This document shows, piece after piece, positions 1 through 11,470 of a stretch of DNA of 64,000 bases. A program made the translations under genes and the position numbers. Origin of the DNA: Lama guanicoe (taxonomy: Eukaryota). The number at the start of each line of letters is the position of its first letter. Positions within the stretch are counted from its first letter, which is position 1. Location of the stretch: the NCBI GenBank assembly GCA_013239625.1, contig MU056000.1:1984001-2048000 (forward strand), read 5' to 3'. The notes below the pieces were generated by a model. The model searched no databases and had not been told where the DNA came from. It was given only the letters and a program-made list of their open reading frames with translations.

Positions 1-642
1 TAGTGTCTTGATTTGAATAAAGCGAGGAGTGATGGGGCTAATGTGATGGCATCTTGAATTGCTAAGTGGCTCGAGGCTGAAAGCCCAGCGTGGCCGCTCA
101 GGGGCACAGGAGACGCGCACAGCGAAAAGCAGAAGGAGACGGGGAGGAGTCCAGGGACAGACCCCGGACACTCCCCAGCGACGGCAGGAGAGGGGAGGCC
201 GGGGTGGGGTCCCGCCGCACGGCCGTCCACACAGGGCTCCGGCTGGGACTCCGCCTTGCACAGCCCTCCTTAGCACCCAATTAACTGACTCGGGTTTGGG
301 CAGATTCCTTCTTTCTGAGAGAGGCTACGGCAGACTGCAGCTTTAATTACAGAAAATGCTCAACGCGGATTAAAATTAGAAACCTGGAATTACTGTTTTA
401 TCATCCTTGATCAAACATGGAATCCAGAGAAAGAAAGTTCGCGTGGTGGGCATGAACATCGGGACCTGGATTTTGCATTATTATCTCCTGCCTAACTAGG
501 CACTTTCCGGGGCACCCGAGCTCTTCGCCTTTTAACTGAGCTTGCAGTTGCTATAGTGATGGTATAATTTCGTAATGGTCTAAAAATGACACCGGCATAG
601 ATACTGACAGATAGGAATTAATTCACTAACAAGTAATTATGT

Positions 643-719
643 CGCGAAATGTTGACTGCCATCCAGAAGTTGCGCGGTGACACATTTTCTGTTTTTCTGG
701 GATGGCAGCAACATTAGCG
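643..719. other. Imperfect inverted repeat / hairpin (about 20-bp stem, about 24-nt loop)
   Basis: AATGTTGaCTGCCATCCAGAA (648-668) pairs with TTCTgGGATGGCAGCAACATT (695-715): 20 Watson-Crick pairs with two 1-nt bulges. Outer CGC/GCG can also pair. Confidence 0.8.
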
Positions 720-738
720 TTGGTCATTAGTGGTAGAC

Positions 739-966
739 NNNNNNNNNNNNNNNNNNNNNNNNNNNNNNNNNNNNNNNNNNNNNNNNNNNNNNNNNNNNNN
801 NNNNNNNNNNNNNNNNNNNNNNNNNNNNNNNNNNNNNNNNNNNNNNNNNNNNNNNNNNNNNNNNNNNNNNNNNNNNNNNNNNNNNNNNNNNNNNNNNNNN
901 NNNNNNNNNNNNNNNNNNNNNNNNNNNNNNNNNNNNNNNNNNNNNNNNNNNNNNNNNNNNNNNNNN
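739..966. other. N-run, 228 bp
   Basis: Seen directly; flanks are unique, non-repeat sequence. Confidence 0.98.
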
Positions 967-1066
967 ATAAGATGACTCAGAATTTGCATTGTTCATTCTA
1001 ATAGATTTGCTTCCCCTCCATTGCATGGCAGGACCCATCAGATAAAGTCTCCCGGACTGTCATCAA

Positions 1067-1214
1067 NNNNNNNNNNNNNNNNNNNNNNNNNNNNNNNNNN
1101 NNNNNNNNNNNNNNNNNNNNNNNNNNNNNNNNNNNNNNNNNNNNNNNNNNNNNNNNNNNNNNNNNNNNNNNNNNNNNNNNNNNNNNNNNNNNNNNNNNNN
1201 NNNNNNNNNNNNNN
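1067..1214. other. N-run, 148 bp
   Basis: Seen directly. Confidence 0.98.
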
Positions 1215-4200
1215 GAAGTGTCATTAATGCTGTCTAACTAGAGGAGCCTCAGCTGGGAGAGTGAGCGCCTCTAAAAAAGTAATCACGGCGAGGTGCGGGA
1301 GATGGGAACCAGCGCCCGGACGCCGCGCGAGTCCTATTAGCAAACAGTTGCATTTCTCATCTGCGGTTCTTCGCAATAAAATATGGGAGCGCAAACCTCA
1401 GAAGAAGTAGTGGGACTGATATAATTTCTGTCACACACTCACCGGCGGGTCCTAAGCTAGTCCTGCTTAACGTGTTACTACCGGGGGCACCTGATATTTA
1501 ATTTGCAGATTTAAAGCTCATCTCACCGTTGGAGCCACACGGTGCAACATTCAGCGGGTACGCAAAGGTGACCGGTGCTGCACTCCCCCAGCCAAGTGGT
1601 GGGTTGAAGACGTGGAATTAAGACTGCCATTCTGCCCTTAGAGCCCTCTGCTAGTGAGATCATGCTGCCATTAATCATCACTTGGCAACCAAAACCCTCA
1701 AACAAAAAATATGCGTAAAAAGATGCAAGCAGGATGCGAACCATGCAGGCAGCCTTCCGCGCAGGACCGGTTTGCTAGGCAGTTGCCGAGCCCACGCCCA
1801 GGACGCTAAGCAGAGCTTTTGTTAATTTGAGCGGCGGGGTAGGAGGCCATCGCGCTATTTTGCAGCTAAATCGGAGAGGAACAGATGCATGGGGGAGAAA
1901 GGACAATTTTATCACATGACAGGCAGTTTCATTTGGAAACGGATGCGCCCGGGTTTTAGCTGTGCCCCAATGCCCGGGTCGCGCGCCGACTGGTGTGTTG
2001 CGCAATGGCACTTTGGCGGTGGCCTCGCTGCGTCATCGTGGTGTGCAGGACGCTGCGTCTGTGCAGAAAGTGCCCCCAGCAGATTCCACATCATAGGCAC
2101 CGGCTCTTTCCCATCTTGCTGTCGAAATAATACACTCACGTGAGATCTATCTTCACTCAATTACTGACATCATTTTGTGTCTGTAGAACAAGTAAATTAT
2201 TGTTCGGCCACTCAAGAGAGAGTAATGAAGACGGCATTCTGTAGTTTCACAGTTCACAACTTGTCACAGGTACGGCTGAGCTAATTGTCAAGCGGTTAAA
2301 CATTTATCCAGGGAGGATGATCAGGCAAGCACCCTGCGTGTGAGGGAAGCCCAGCCCAGCGCACACAAGCTTCAGCAAGCGTGAAAAGTTTGATTTGCCG
2401 CTCTGGAGATCAGACTTCACGAAGGCAGAGATGTTATTTTATCTTTCAAAAGCCAGCGCACGAATGAAACGAGGCTGGAAGCCGGTGGAAGCTGCAGACA
2501 TTTGAGGGCCACTCATTCCCGACGTCCCGAGTCCTGAGAAAGATGAAAACGCAACGACAACCACTTTGACAAGGCGGACTTTCAAAGCTTTTTCTAATTT
2601 AGTCTTTGTCCCTAAAATTCATCCATGGAAGGTACTCTTACTAATTTCCCTGAGGGAAGCCCTTCATGTGGGCGGCGTCGGGGCACTTTCATTCCTCCTG
2701 CCTTAAGGAAGAGCTCTGCTGGGCTTTCAAAGACTCAGCTAGTGTGGGGCAGATTTTGAAAATTCTAGGAATTAACTGCACAGAAGAACAACATTTTCTT
2801 TCTAATATCCTGGGATCTTCCTTCAGGTCGTTACAGGTGGAGCCGTCCTTAATGAATGCCAAGGGGACAGCTTAAAAAAGCCTTTTTGTCAGTTCCAGTA
2901 CCCCGGTCCGGGAGGGTGGAGACAGAGCAAACGCTGGAGACATTCTAACAATCACCTTCTTGGGGACCAGCTGGAGAGCAATTGGAGGGAAAACCCTCCT
3001 CATTAATCACTGAGAGGAGGTGAAAAATTAAGATGTCGATTTTGCACTGTCCACGTTTCCCCTGGACCTTTCCACTCGCCAGAGCAGACAGAGACCGGGC
3101 TCTCCAAAGACCCACGCAGGTTACAGGCGGGAAGCGCCACCCTGCCCCATGCAGTTTGCGAAGTTGCTGTAACTTGTGGGAGGTCTCAGAGGCTCACACT
3201 CAGCTCCTGCTGCAGGCGTGCTCGCTCACGGGGAGCTGGGGAGCCTGCCCCCCATTAGTCGGGGTGTCCTGCTAACGCCACCAGCGGCCAGCTTCTGTCC
3301 AGATTCGCCCCTGGATGGAGTGTACAGGCAAACACAGCCCCTCCTAGGTACCTTTGGTAATTGCTCCAAATCAGAAAGTCTTGCTCGAGTGTGAAGAGGA
3401 AACTCTGATCTCATCCCCCGTGCCACCGCCCGGGACTGGCGAGGGGACCAGGTGGAGATGGGGAGGCCCAGGCCTCACTGCCGTGCTGTCCCGAGGAGGC
3501 CCGGGCGTGTCACCAGCCGGGGACACAGGCTGTCCACCTAGGCAGCCACTGGGGATGCCGCAGGCAGCGGGCAGTGGAGCGCCTGCCCGGAGACCTTCGC
3601 CGCCTTTCCCCAGCTACTGCCTGCTGGATGCAAACAGCTGTTTCAGGCACTTCCAAGAAGACAAATGTCTTTTCAGGGTCTTTTGAGAAAATAAATCACC
3701 ATCATTTGGATAAGGCACATTTTATTAGTGACAAAAACCCATGGGTGAATTTGTTTTCTGTTTCATTAGATGCAATGTAGCCATTCAGCTGGTCACATGT
3801 AAAGTTTGAAAATAGGATTTCTAGCCCTCTGTGTTTACCTACATACGTATTTGCCGTTTCACTCCCACGTCTCAAACGAGCTTCTCCGGGGTGTTAGAAG
3901 GATCAATTACTCCTTCATTTAGGGAGACGGCGCAGCCTTTTCTTTTTCTGGCAGAAGAGAAAAAGGCTAGAAAATTGGTCAAGATCATTTGCTGCTTCAG
4001 AGGCAGCATAAACCAGCGTCTTTCTCTCGAGTGAAGGTATTTTGAACGTGCACAAAGCAGGATTCTTGCAGGCAGAGCCTGCAGAACCATCAGGACGCGA
4101 GAAGGAAGCCCAGATGCTCCTGGTCCCCAGATTTGCAGGTTCCGGGACGTAGTGTATATTTTATGAAATGATTAATGCGGACAAGGAGCTCACATTTTTT

Positions 4201-4248
4201 ACATTAACATATTTAAACATACGTAATAAATTGGGAATTCTTACAAAC

Positions 4249-4548
4249 NNNNNNNNNNNNNNNNNNNNNNNNNNNNNNNNNNNNNNNNNNNNNNNNNNNN
4301 NNNNNNNNNNNNNNNNNNNNNNNNNNNNNNNNNNNNNNNNNNNNNNNNNNNNNNNNNNNNNNNNNNNNNNNNNNNNNNNNNNNNNNNNNNNNNNNNNNNN
4401 NNNNNNNNNNNNNNNNNNNNNNNNNNNNNNNNNNNNNNNNNNNNNNNNNNNNNNNNNNNNNNNNNNNNNNNNNNNNNNNNNNNNNNNNNNNNNNNNNNNN
4501 NNNNNNNNNNNNNNNNNNNNNNNNNNNNNNNNNNNNNNNNNNNNNNNN
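4249..4548. other. N-run, 300 bp
   Basis: Seen directly. Confidence 0.98.
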
Positions 4549-4732
4549 TTTTTTTAAACTCCATATTCATGAAAAGCGGACTTGTAATTTGATAAAGGGG
4601 AGCTTGTGTTCCCGTTTCCATTCAAACGGCATCGCGGAGCAGAATTAAAGTAGGCATCTGTGTTCTCCGGCATTAATCTCCTCAAGCACATCCCAGCTGC
4701 TCTGATGTGCAGGAGGAAGATAAGTCCTGCAC

Positions 4733-4952
4733 NNNNNNNNNNNNNNNNNNNNNNNNNNNNNNNNNNNNNNNNNNNNNNNNNNNNNNNNNNNNNNNNNNNN
4801 NNNNNNNNNNNNNNNNNNNNNNNNNNNNNNNNNNNNNNNNNNNNNNNNNNNNNNNNNNNNNNNNNNNNNNNNNNNNNNNNNNNNNNNNNNNNNNNNNNNN
4901 NNNNNNNNNNNNNNNNNNNNNNNNNNNNNNNNNNNNNNNNNNNNNNNNNNNN
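4733..4952. other. N-run, 220 bp
   Basis: Seen directly. Confidence 0.98.
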
Positions 4953-5067
4953 GGAGCAGCCATCACCATTTGAATTGAGGTATTCAGTAGCACATGAATA
5001 TGAACAAATGGCAAACATAAATCTCTTGCATGAAGTACACCTTCTATCCTTTTATTATGGAACAATT

Positions 5068-5399
5068 NNNNNNNNNNNNNNNNNNNNNNNNNNNNNNNNN
5101 NNNNNNNNNNNNNNNNNNNNNNNNNNNNNNNNNNNNNNNNNNNNNNNNNNNNNNNNNNNNNNNNNNNNNNNNNNNNNNNNNNNNNNNNNNNNNNNNNNNN
5201 NNNNNNNNNNNNNNNNNNNNNNNNNNNNNNNNNNNNNNNNNNNNNNNNNNNNNNNNNNNNNNNNNNNNNNNNNNNNNNNNNNNNNNNNNNNNNNNNNNNN
5301 NNNNNNNNNNNNNNNNNNNNNNNNNNNNNNNNNNNNNNNNNNNNNNNNNNNNNNNNNNNNNNNNNNNNNNNNNNNNNNNNNNNNNNNNNNNNNNNNNNN
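5068..5399. other. N-run, 332 bp
   Basis: Seen directly. Confidence 0.98.
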
Positions 5400-6899
5400 C
5401 ATGTTTGTGTTTATTGAAATAGATTTAATGGTATTATGAGTGATGATACACTTAACCAAGGCTATATTTATAAATTCCTGTCAAACTTTTATTTTCTTCC
5501 CTCTGCTTGCGCTTAGAGGATTGATCTGAGGTTGTGCTGTCTCTCCTGTGTCCGCCACGGGCAGAGCCACGGACGGTGCGCACAGGGGCTTTGTTATTTA
5601 CGCATTGTCTACTGGGCCAGGGTAGCCCGGACCCACCCACCCAGGCCCCTGATATTCTTAAAACAAAAAATAAACAAACAGAAAATAAAAGCTTAACTTC
5701 ACTGGACGCATCAGCCTGGGCGGTAGTTTACACTGAGGACCTGTGTTCTGTAACGATCGGAGTGTTTACTCTGCTCCTTCTCCAAAATGGCCTTGACGTT
5801 GCCAACAACCACTGCACCAGAAGCAACAATGACCGGAGGGGGAGGGGCTCCTTTGCACCAGTCTTTCTGGTGCCACCTTGCAACTTCCCATGGCATCTCT
5901 GCCTGCGCCCAGCGCGCTGGGATCCTGCAGCTGGCCGCACGGGGCCACACGCGGACACATCAGAGGGGCGAGCGGAAGGTGGACACCCCCAGGCTTATCA
6001 CAGAGGATGTGAAGCAACTCGGAATCTTTTCTGAGGCTGGAAAGCCAAGTCCAACTCTAGAAAGAAAATTGTTCTTCGCAGACGAAGAGAGAAAATGCTT
6101 CCTGAAGGGCTGGGTGCTGTGAGTACCTAGCAGAGAAGACAAAGACTGTAAAAAGTTAGAAGAACAAGCCCGTCACTTTATCCTCAAGATTGTCAGGCCG
6201 TAGACAGGTCACGCATTACCCCACTTTTCTCTGTCCCCCTAATACTGAAAGTCGTGCAGTTCGAGTGTCGACAGCACACGCCGGGTCATTACCTGATACA
6301 AGCGCGTGCCACTCGTTTCAGGCTCATGAAAGAGAGACTGTCTGCACCTTCCATAAAGTCTACCAGAACGGTTTGAGCATAATAGGTGTTCAGTTAACCC
6401 TGTATAATGAACAGGCAGATAAACACGGCCCTGAGTGTCTTCATTTCTAGAGGGGTGTAGAGGGACAGTCACTCGTGTGCCCCAAAGCCTGCTGATGTTA
6501 ATTTTTTTATGCTCCAATGTGTAATTCCTGGTTTTCCAGGATTAGGGTGGCTGAGACAGTGAGGAGAAGAAACCAAACACACAAGGGAAAGATCCCTGAT
6601 CTCAGAGCAAACTACCAGAAATACATTTCCTTATTAACTTGCTCTGAATCTGTTTATTTGCCAGACATATTTTCAGTTACCTCTTTGTTATCCACCTCCC
6701 ACACACAAAAAAATCCAGTGTTTTGTGTGGACGGAGAAATGTTGCAGTTATTAGCACAATCTCTGCCTTTTTTTCTAATCACTATTATGTATATGGTCTA
6801 CAAGAACGGAGGGAGGTGGGGCCTGGTAAATCCTCCTCTAATAAGAAAAATGTCTGACTTCGTGAAACCAGATACTTAGTTCTGAGCCCCGAAACAAGC

Positions 6900-7900
6900 T
6901 GAAAGCATAGACTCTTAGGGAATACTGTTTAAAAATCACAGGTAGATTAAAATCACACGCACAGCCTTGCATATTGGGATTTTAATGTTCATTATTGCAT
7001 TCATTATATGATTTAAATGAGATTACAGAGTAAAATATGCTGTACTTTGTGATTTAACAACAATATTTAAATACTCTGTAAGTCTTTTAAATTATTCTTT
7101 GATAAAATTGCAACTTACTCATTTCAACACACAGTCTGTATTGAGTCTTAAAGCTATATAAAGCTTGTATAAATATATGGTTTTGCTTTAAGCACATCTT
7201 GACGCAAAAGGGATTCGAATCCTTTTGACTGGATTGAAAATGATGTAGGTGGCGGGGCTGAGAAAAGCCACTGGTGGCGACCAAATTAAGTGAGCTTGCC
7301 CTCCGGGGTTTTCCTGACAGACTGGCCCCACCGGGCAGGTCCCGGGGGAGACGTTCCCAGATATCTCAAAGGTACCTAGAATTTCTACTTTGAAAGAGCA
7401 ACCTTTTCTCTCTGTATCTGGGGCCTACGTAAAGCTGCCCTTGAATGTCAGGAGATGTGTCCGGTATACTTTCTTGGAATAAAAATAATTGACTTTTTTT
7501 TTAACCAAACTCAGTATTTGAAAGCATTTGATGCCACAGTAGCCCAGTTTCTTGTTTACTTTCCCTTTAAAACACACTTTTTCCCTCTATGTGCTGCTCA
7601 TCCCTGGACAGATGAAATTGATTTCAATTTATCCTAACAATTTTTTATGACTCTACTGAAATTCCGTCATCGTGCTGGCATTGGAAGAAAGAGGGTTCGA
7701 AGGTTAAGCCCGTCAGTGCAATTTCTGTGTTAGCATGTTTCCAAGATAATTATTGGACTCCTTCTATGTACAGACCCGTTCAGCGTTGGGCTGGCTGACG
7801 ACGGATTTGATTGTGACCACTGGGCAAAATTTATTAAGAGTTCCTAGTGTTTGTAAACAATCCAAATATAAGATCTTTCACTTCAAATGGCTCATTTTTT
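6900..7900. promoter_or_regulatory. AT-rich unique island, possible conserved non-coding element(s)
   Basis: Dense TAAT/ATTA/TGATTTA motifs and no repeat that I recognise. Confidence 0.35.
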
Positions 7901-8000
7901 TCCCTCCAGGGTCAAAGTAGATAGAGGGGTAGAAAGGGGAAGAGAAGAGAGAGGGGATACACTTAAACATAAGAAAGGAAATTAAGGAAACACTTAAGCA

Positions 8001-8136
8001 GGGGAGGGTATAGCTCAGTGGCGGAGTGTGCACTTAGCATGCCCGAGGTCCTGGGTTCAATCCCAGGTACCTCCACTAAAAAATAAACCTAATTACCTCT
8101 CCTCCCCCAAAAAAAGAAATAAAAAGAATAAGAAAG
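8001..8136 (+). mobile_element. tRNA-Ala-derived SINE, camelid vic-1 type
   Basis: GGGGAGGGTATAGCTCAGTGG..TTAGCATG..GGTCCTGGGTTCAATCCC..ACCTCCA is a tRNA-Ala(AGC)-like head, with A box at 8011-8021 and B box at 8054-8063. It is followed by an AAACCTAATTACCTC..CCCC body and an A-rich tail. Confidence 0.9.
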
Positions 8137-8866
8137 AATACACATACAGAAGTATATTATGTATGAGCAAGCGTGTTGAGTTTACATGCGTTAAGAAGCC
8201 ACTTAAACACCAGGAAGGAAAATCAGTTTGCTCAGGTCAGTTTTGATGACTGTTTTCATTCGATTCTGGAATTTTAGTTTTTATTTGATTTCGAAGTTGG
8301 TGAGCGTTGTTCCTTCTAAGTCTAAGGACTTTGCACCTTACAGAAAATTTGAAAGTCAAAATGGGAAACAAAAAAAACCACCAGTAGAATCGGAGACAGT
8401 GGAGGAAAAGCACAGTTCTCAGAAGAAGTGGCCTGCGTGTGTGGCCGTGCCCGCAGCTCTGCGCCCTCCACAGGCCCCCGGCACACCTCGCCCTCGAGCC
8501 CTCGGCTCCGTGCCCAGACCCCCGGACGCCAAGCCCAGTTTCCGTTCTCCTGCTGTCTCCTGCAAACTTCCAGCCGGCGCTGGGCCCGTGGTGCCACCTC
8601 GGGGGCTCAGGTGGCCCTCAGCTTATGCTCCCCCGACCGCGCCTGCATCTCTGAACAGCCCCTCGTCCGTTCTGCTCCGTGTGAGCCCTCCTGTTGTTGC
8701 TCCCCAGGCACTGACACAGATTGCACTCTTAAAATAGCATTTACTGTCCTGTTCACTGCTGGAGGAATAAGCTGCTCTCTGCAGAAAGTAATAAAACAAG
8801 GAGAAGGAAGCGAAGGAAATGAAGACCACCCGTAGTCCCCAAGTCAGGAGCAAGCCGGCTGGCGTT

Positions 8867-9004
8867 CACACGCATGCATGTGTGCTGAGGACAGCCACAT
8901 GCGTGCACAGCTCCGTATGCGTGTGCTATGACGTGCTGTGATGCAGACACACATGACACGCACGGTTCCATTAGCACGTGCGTGTGTGTGGGCGTGTCCG
9001 CATG
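8867..9004. repeat. Degenerate (CA/TG)-like alternating purine-pyrimidine tract
   Basis: CACACGCATGCATGTGTG...GCACGTGCGTGTGTGTG. Confidence 0.65.
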
Positions 9005-9014
9005 GCTTTAGTTC

Positions 9015-9123
9015 TGGACGGGGGAGGAAGCGTCCCTTGTCCTGATCTGTATCTCACGTAGCACCAGGCACAGTGACGTGTGCTCATGGCGTCCTCTCCA
9101 CAGATAGCTGTTGAGTAAATGAA
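9015..9123 (+). mobile_element. LINE-2 3' end fragment
   Basis: TGTATCTC..GCACCAGGCACAGTG..TGTTGAGTAAATGAA resembles the L2 3' terminus. Confidence 0.55.
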
Positions 9124-11143
9124 AAAATAAAAGCAGATTTTAAATTTTCCTTTGTTTTTTTTTCTCACGCAGTGACTTAGCAAGTGCCTGAAAATAAAAA
9201 GTGCAGTCACTTGGTGCGCGCAATGCCGAGTGACTGATCTGATTAGTGTTCCCAGGGAACGTACCCACCTCCTGACTGAGTGCGCTGGCTTCCCTTTGCA
9301 AGCTCCCCTCGCGGCTGCGTGAGCCCGTGTGCAGGCCTGGGAAGGACGGAGCCCCCTCTGTCTGCGTCCGCAACAGAAGGTTTCATTCCTTCCGCGGCTC
9401 ATCACAGGCGAAACTGCTCCCAAGGTTTTAAATATGACGCCACGACTGCAAACAACGGTGTGGAAGATTATATTTGGTTAATTTTCTAACCAGCCCTTGA
9501 CCCCATCAGTAGCTGTTCTCTCGTACCCGGATGAGGACAGCAGGGTGCGCTGGCCTTTAAAACGTGCGCACCCAGTGTCGCCAGGCCCCCGCACAGGCTC
9601 CTGCGGAATGTGTTTTCATTACTTAAAATGAAGGAAGACTCGCCTTAGCAAAATTGTCACTGGCACAGCCGTCACGTGAGTGTCCCTTCTGGTTTTACTG
9701 GTGGGCGCCGTGGCCAGTGCAATTCACCGCAGCAATCAGGGGCTCGGGGCTGGGAGGCGGGGCGGCCTGGCCTTGTCCGTGCCAGGGTCCTCCTCCCGCG
9801 GGGGAGAGGGTGCGGGGCCCTGCTTCCGTTACTGTCTTAGGTACTGATGAGATGTTAGAAACAGGGCTGAAATAATTGGATGTGACCTTTGTGGTTTTCT
9901 CCACCCGGGAGCAAACTTGGAGGGAAGCTGGGAGGGTGACTGACATGGGCGGCCGCTCCCGGACAGCTCGGGCCTCGGGCAAGCGGCTGCCTCCCTAAAA
10001 TAAAAGCGTGCTTTCTGCTCATTAGGAAGGAAATTCAGCCGCACGCACGCTGCGCCTAGCTGCGCCTCCAGACCACCCTCACTGGGCTCCACACCCCGCC
10101 CCGGCGGGCCCCCAGAGTGAGCGCTTCGCTGCAAGGTGAGAGAGCAGAAGTCTCGGCTCGTATGTGACTTTGAGCTGCGGGACAGTGCCGTTTCCTTCAA
10201 CTGCAGAAACGTTTCTTGTAGACGTAAGAAGGAGGAGAATTTTTAAAGTTGGTTTAGTTTAGTCACATCGTTCCGAGAGCAATCTCTTTCCCACCGCTGG
10301 GTGGGGGTGGGGGGCGTCGAGTGCGACTTTGCTTCGCTTCCAGCAGGACAGACCTCGACCCGAGCCTGTCTACTTAGAGGGGACTTAGAACCGAGGGAGG
10401 ACAGTGCCTTTTCCAGAAATAACGGTGCATTTATGCTGATGCTGGTAATTCTTGACCAGAGCTTTTCTGCAGTGAAAGCCAGGTTACTAATGGGCTGAAA
10501 GTACACTTCATTAAGCTTCACTGAAGATGGCAGAAGGGAGCAGAGTCTGGGAGGAGAGCCTGGCCTGGGCCGTCTCCGGTCCTGGTGGCTCTGGGCTTTC
10601 TTCCTGAGGCTGTGGGGCTGCCGGGGACCTTCCACCGTCCCGTCCTCCTCTGCCCTCGTTCCCAGAGGCAAGCAGCAAGGGGAGCCGGCTCAGCGGACTC
10701 CACGCCCGGGGGAAGCCTTCCTGGAGGACCAGTGATACCACGATTCATTCCCAGAAACTCCTGAGGCATGGCAGGCGTGAGAACACGGTGTTAAACGTGG
10801 AAACTTTCATTTCATCTCATTAAGGGGGGCATGGACTGAGTACAGATGGCAAAAGTGAAATACAGCAAAAATGGCTGCTCCACGTGGCCTGCGTCCATCA
10901 CAAGGGCAAGTATTGAAGGAAGCGCCTTCCAGAAGTACCCTGCCATAGTGGCTGGTTTAAGTGACCCTGTGGAAACACAGGAGCCGGCTTCCAGGGGACA
11001 CGGCTGTCATTACCTGCATGCAGGGGACCTGACTACCGCCGACTTCGCAGTGCGGGTGCCAGCTCTAAGCTGGCAATTTACGTTTCCAAACAGCTGCAGT
11101 GCTCAACTCTGCAGTCCTGCAAATAGATTTGCTTTCTCTAAAA

Positions 11144-11288
11144 AGGGTAATCACTCAGTATCTTGTAATAACCTGTAATGGAAAAGACTCTGAAAAGGAA
11201 TACACGTATGTGCATGTGTATGTAGAACTGAATCACTTTGCTGTGCACCTGAAGCTAATGCAGTGCTACAAACCAACTGGACTTCAGC
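11144..11288 (+). mobile_element. L1 3' UTR end (cetartiodactyl type), 5' truncated
   Basis: CTCAGTATCTTGTAATAACCTGTAATGGAAAAGA..AACTGAATCACTTTGCTGTGCACCTGAA; the same motif recurs at 13076, 50373 and 51081. Confidence 0.85.
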
Positions 11289-11293
11289 TGGGA

Positions 11294-11470
11294 GGGGAGA
11301 GCGGAGCTCAGCAGCAGAGCGCGTGCTGAGCTCGCACAAGATCCTGGGCTCAATCCCAGGTCCCTTCACTAGAAAACAAACAGATGAGCCTAAACTTAAA
11401 CCTAAGTACCTCCCCCTAAAAATACAAAAAAGGATAATAATTTTAAAAAGTAAAGATTGAATTTAAAAAA
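11294..11470 (+). mobile_element. tRNA-Ala-derived SINE (vic-1 type), diverged, inserted at the L1 3' end
   Basis: GGGGAGAGCGGAGCTCAGCAGCAGAGCGCGTGCTGAGC..TCCTGGGCTCAATCCCAGG..AAACCTAAGTACCTCCCC aligns by eye with the 8001 copy. Confidence 0.85.

Larger units (their letters stand above)
330..2330. promoter_or_regulatory. Putative conserved non-coding element (enhancer) cluster 1
   Basis: Largely non-repetitive and AT-richer than the flanks. Many TAAT/ATTA cores, a Meis-type TGACAG (605), an AP-1 TGACTCA (973), and two N-runs. Conservation is inferred, not measured. Confidence 0.55.
3680..5520. promoter_or_regulatory. Putative conserved non-coding element cluster 2
   Basis: AT-rich unique island with a Pbx-Hox-type TGATTAAT (4169-4176), many ATTA/TAAT cores, SOX-like AACAAT (5061) and three N-runs. 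Confidence 0.55.

Noticed and set aside
702-5459. ORFs running through N-runs
   Set aside because: Their length is an artefact of X translation.
8001-8075. Functional tRNA-Ala gene
   Set aside because: The stems are disrupted, it is followed by a SINE body and A-rich tail, and a second diverged copy exists at 11294.
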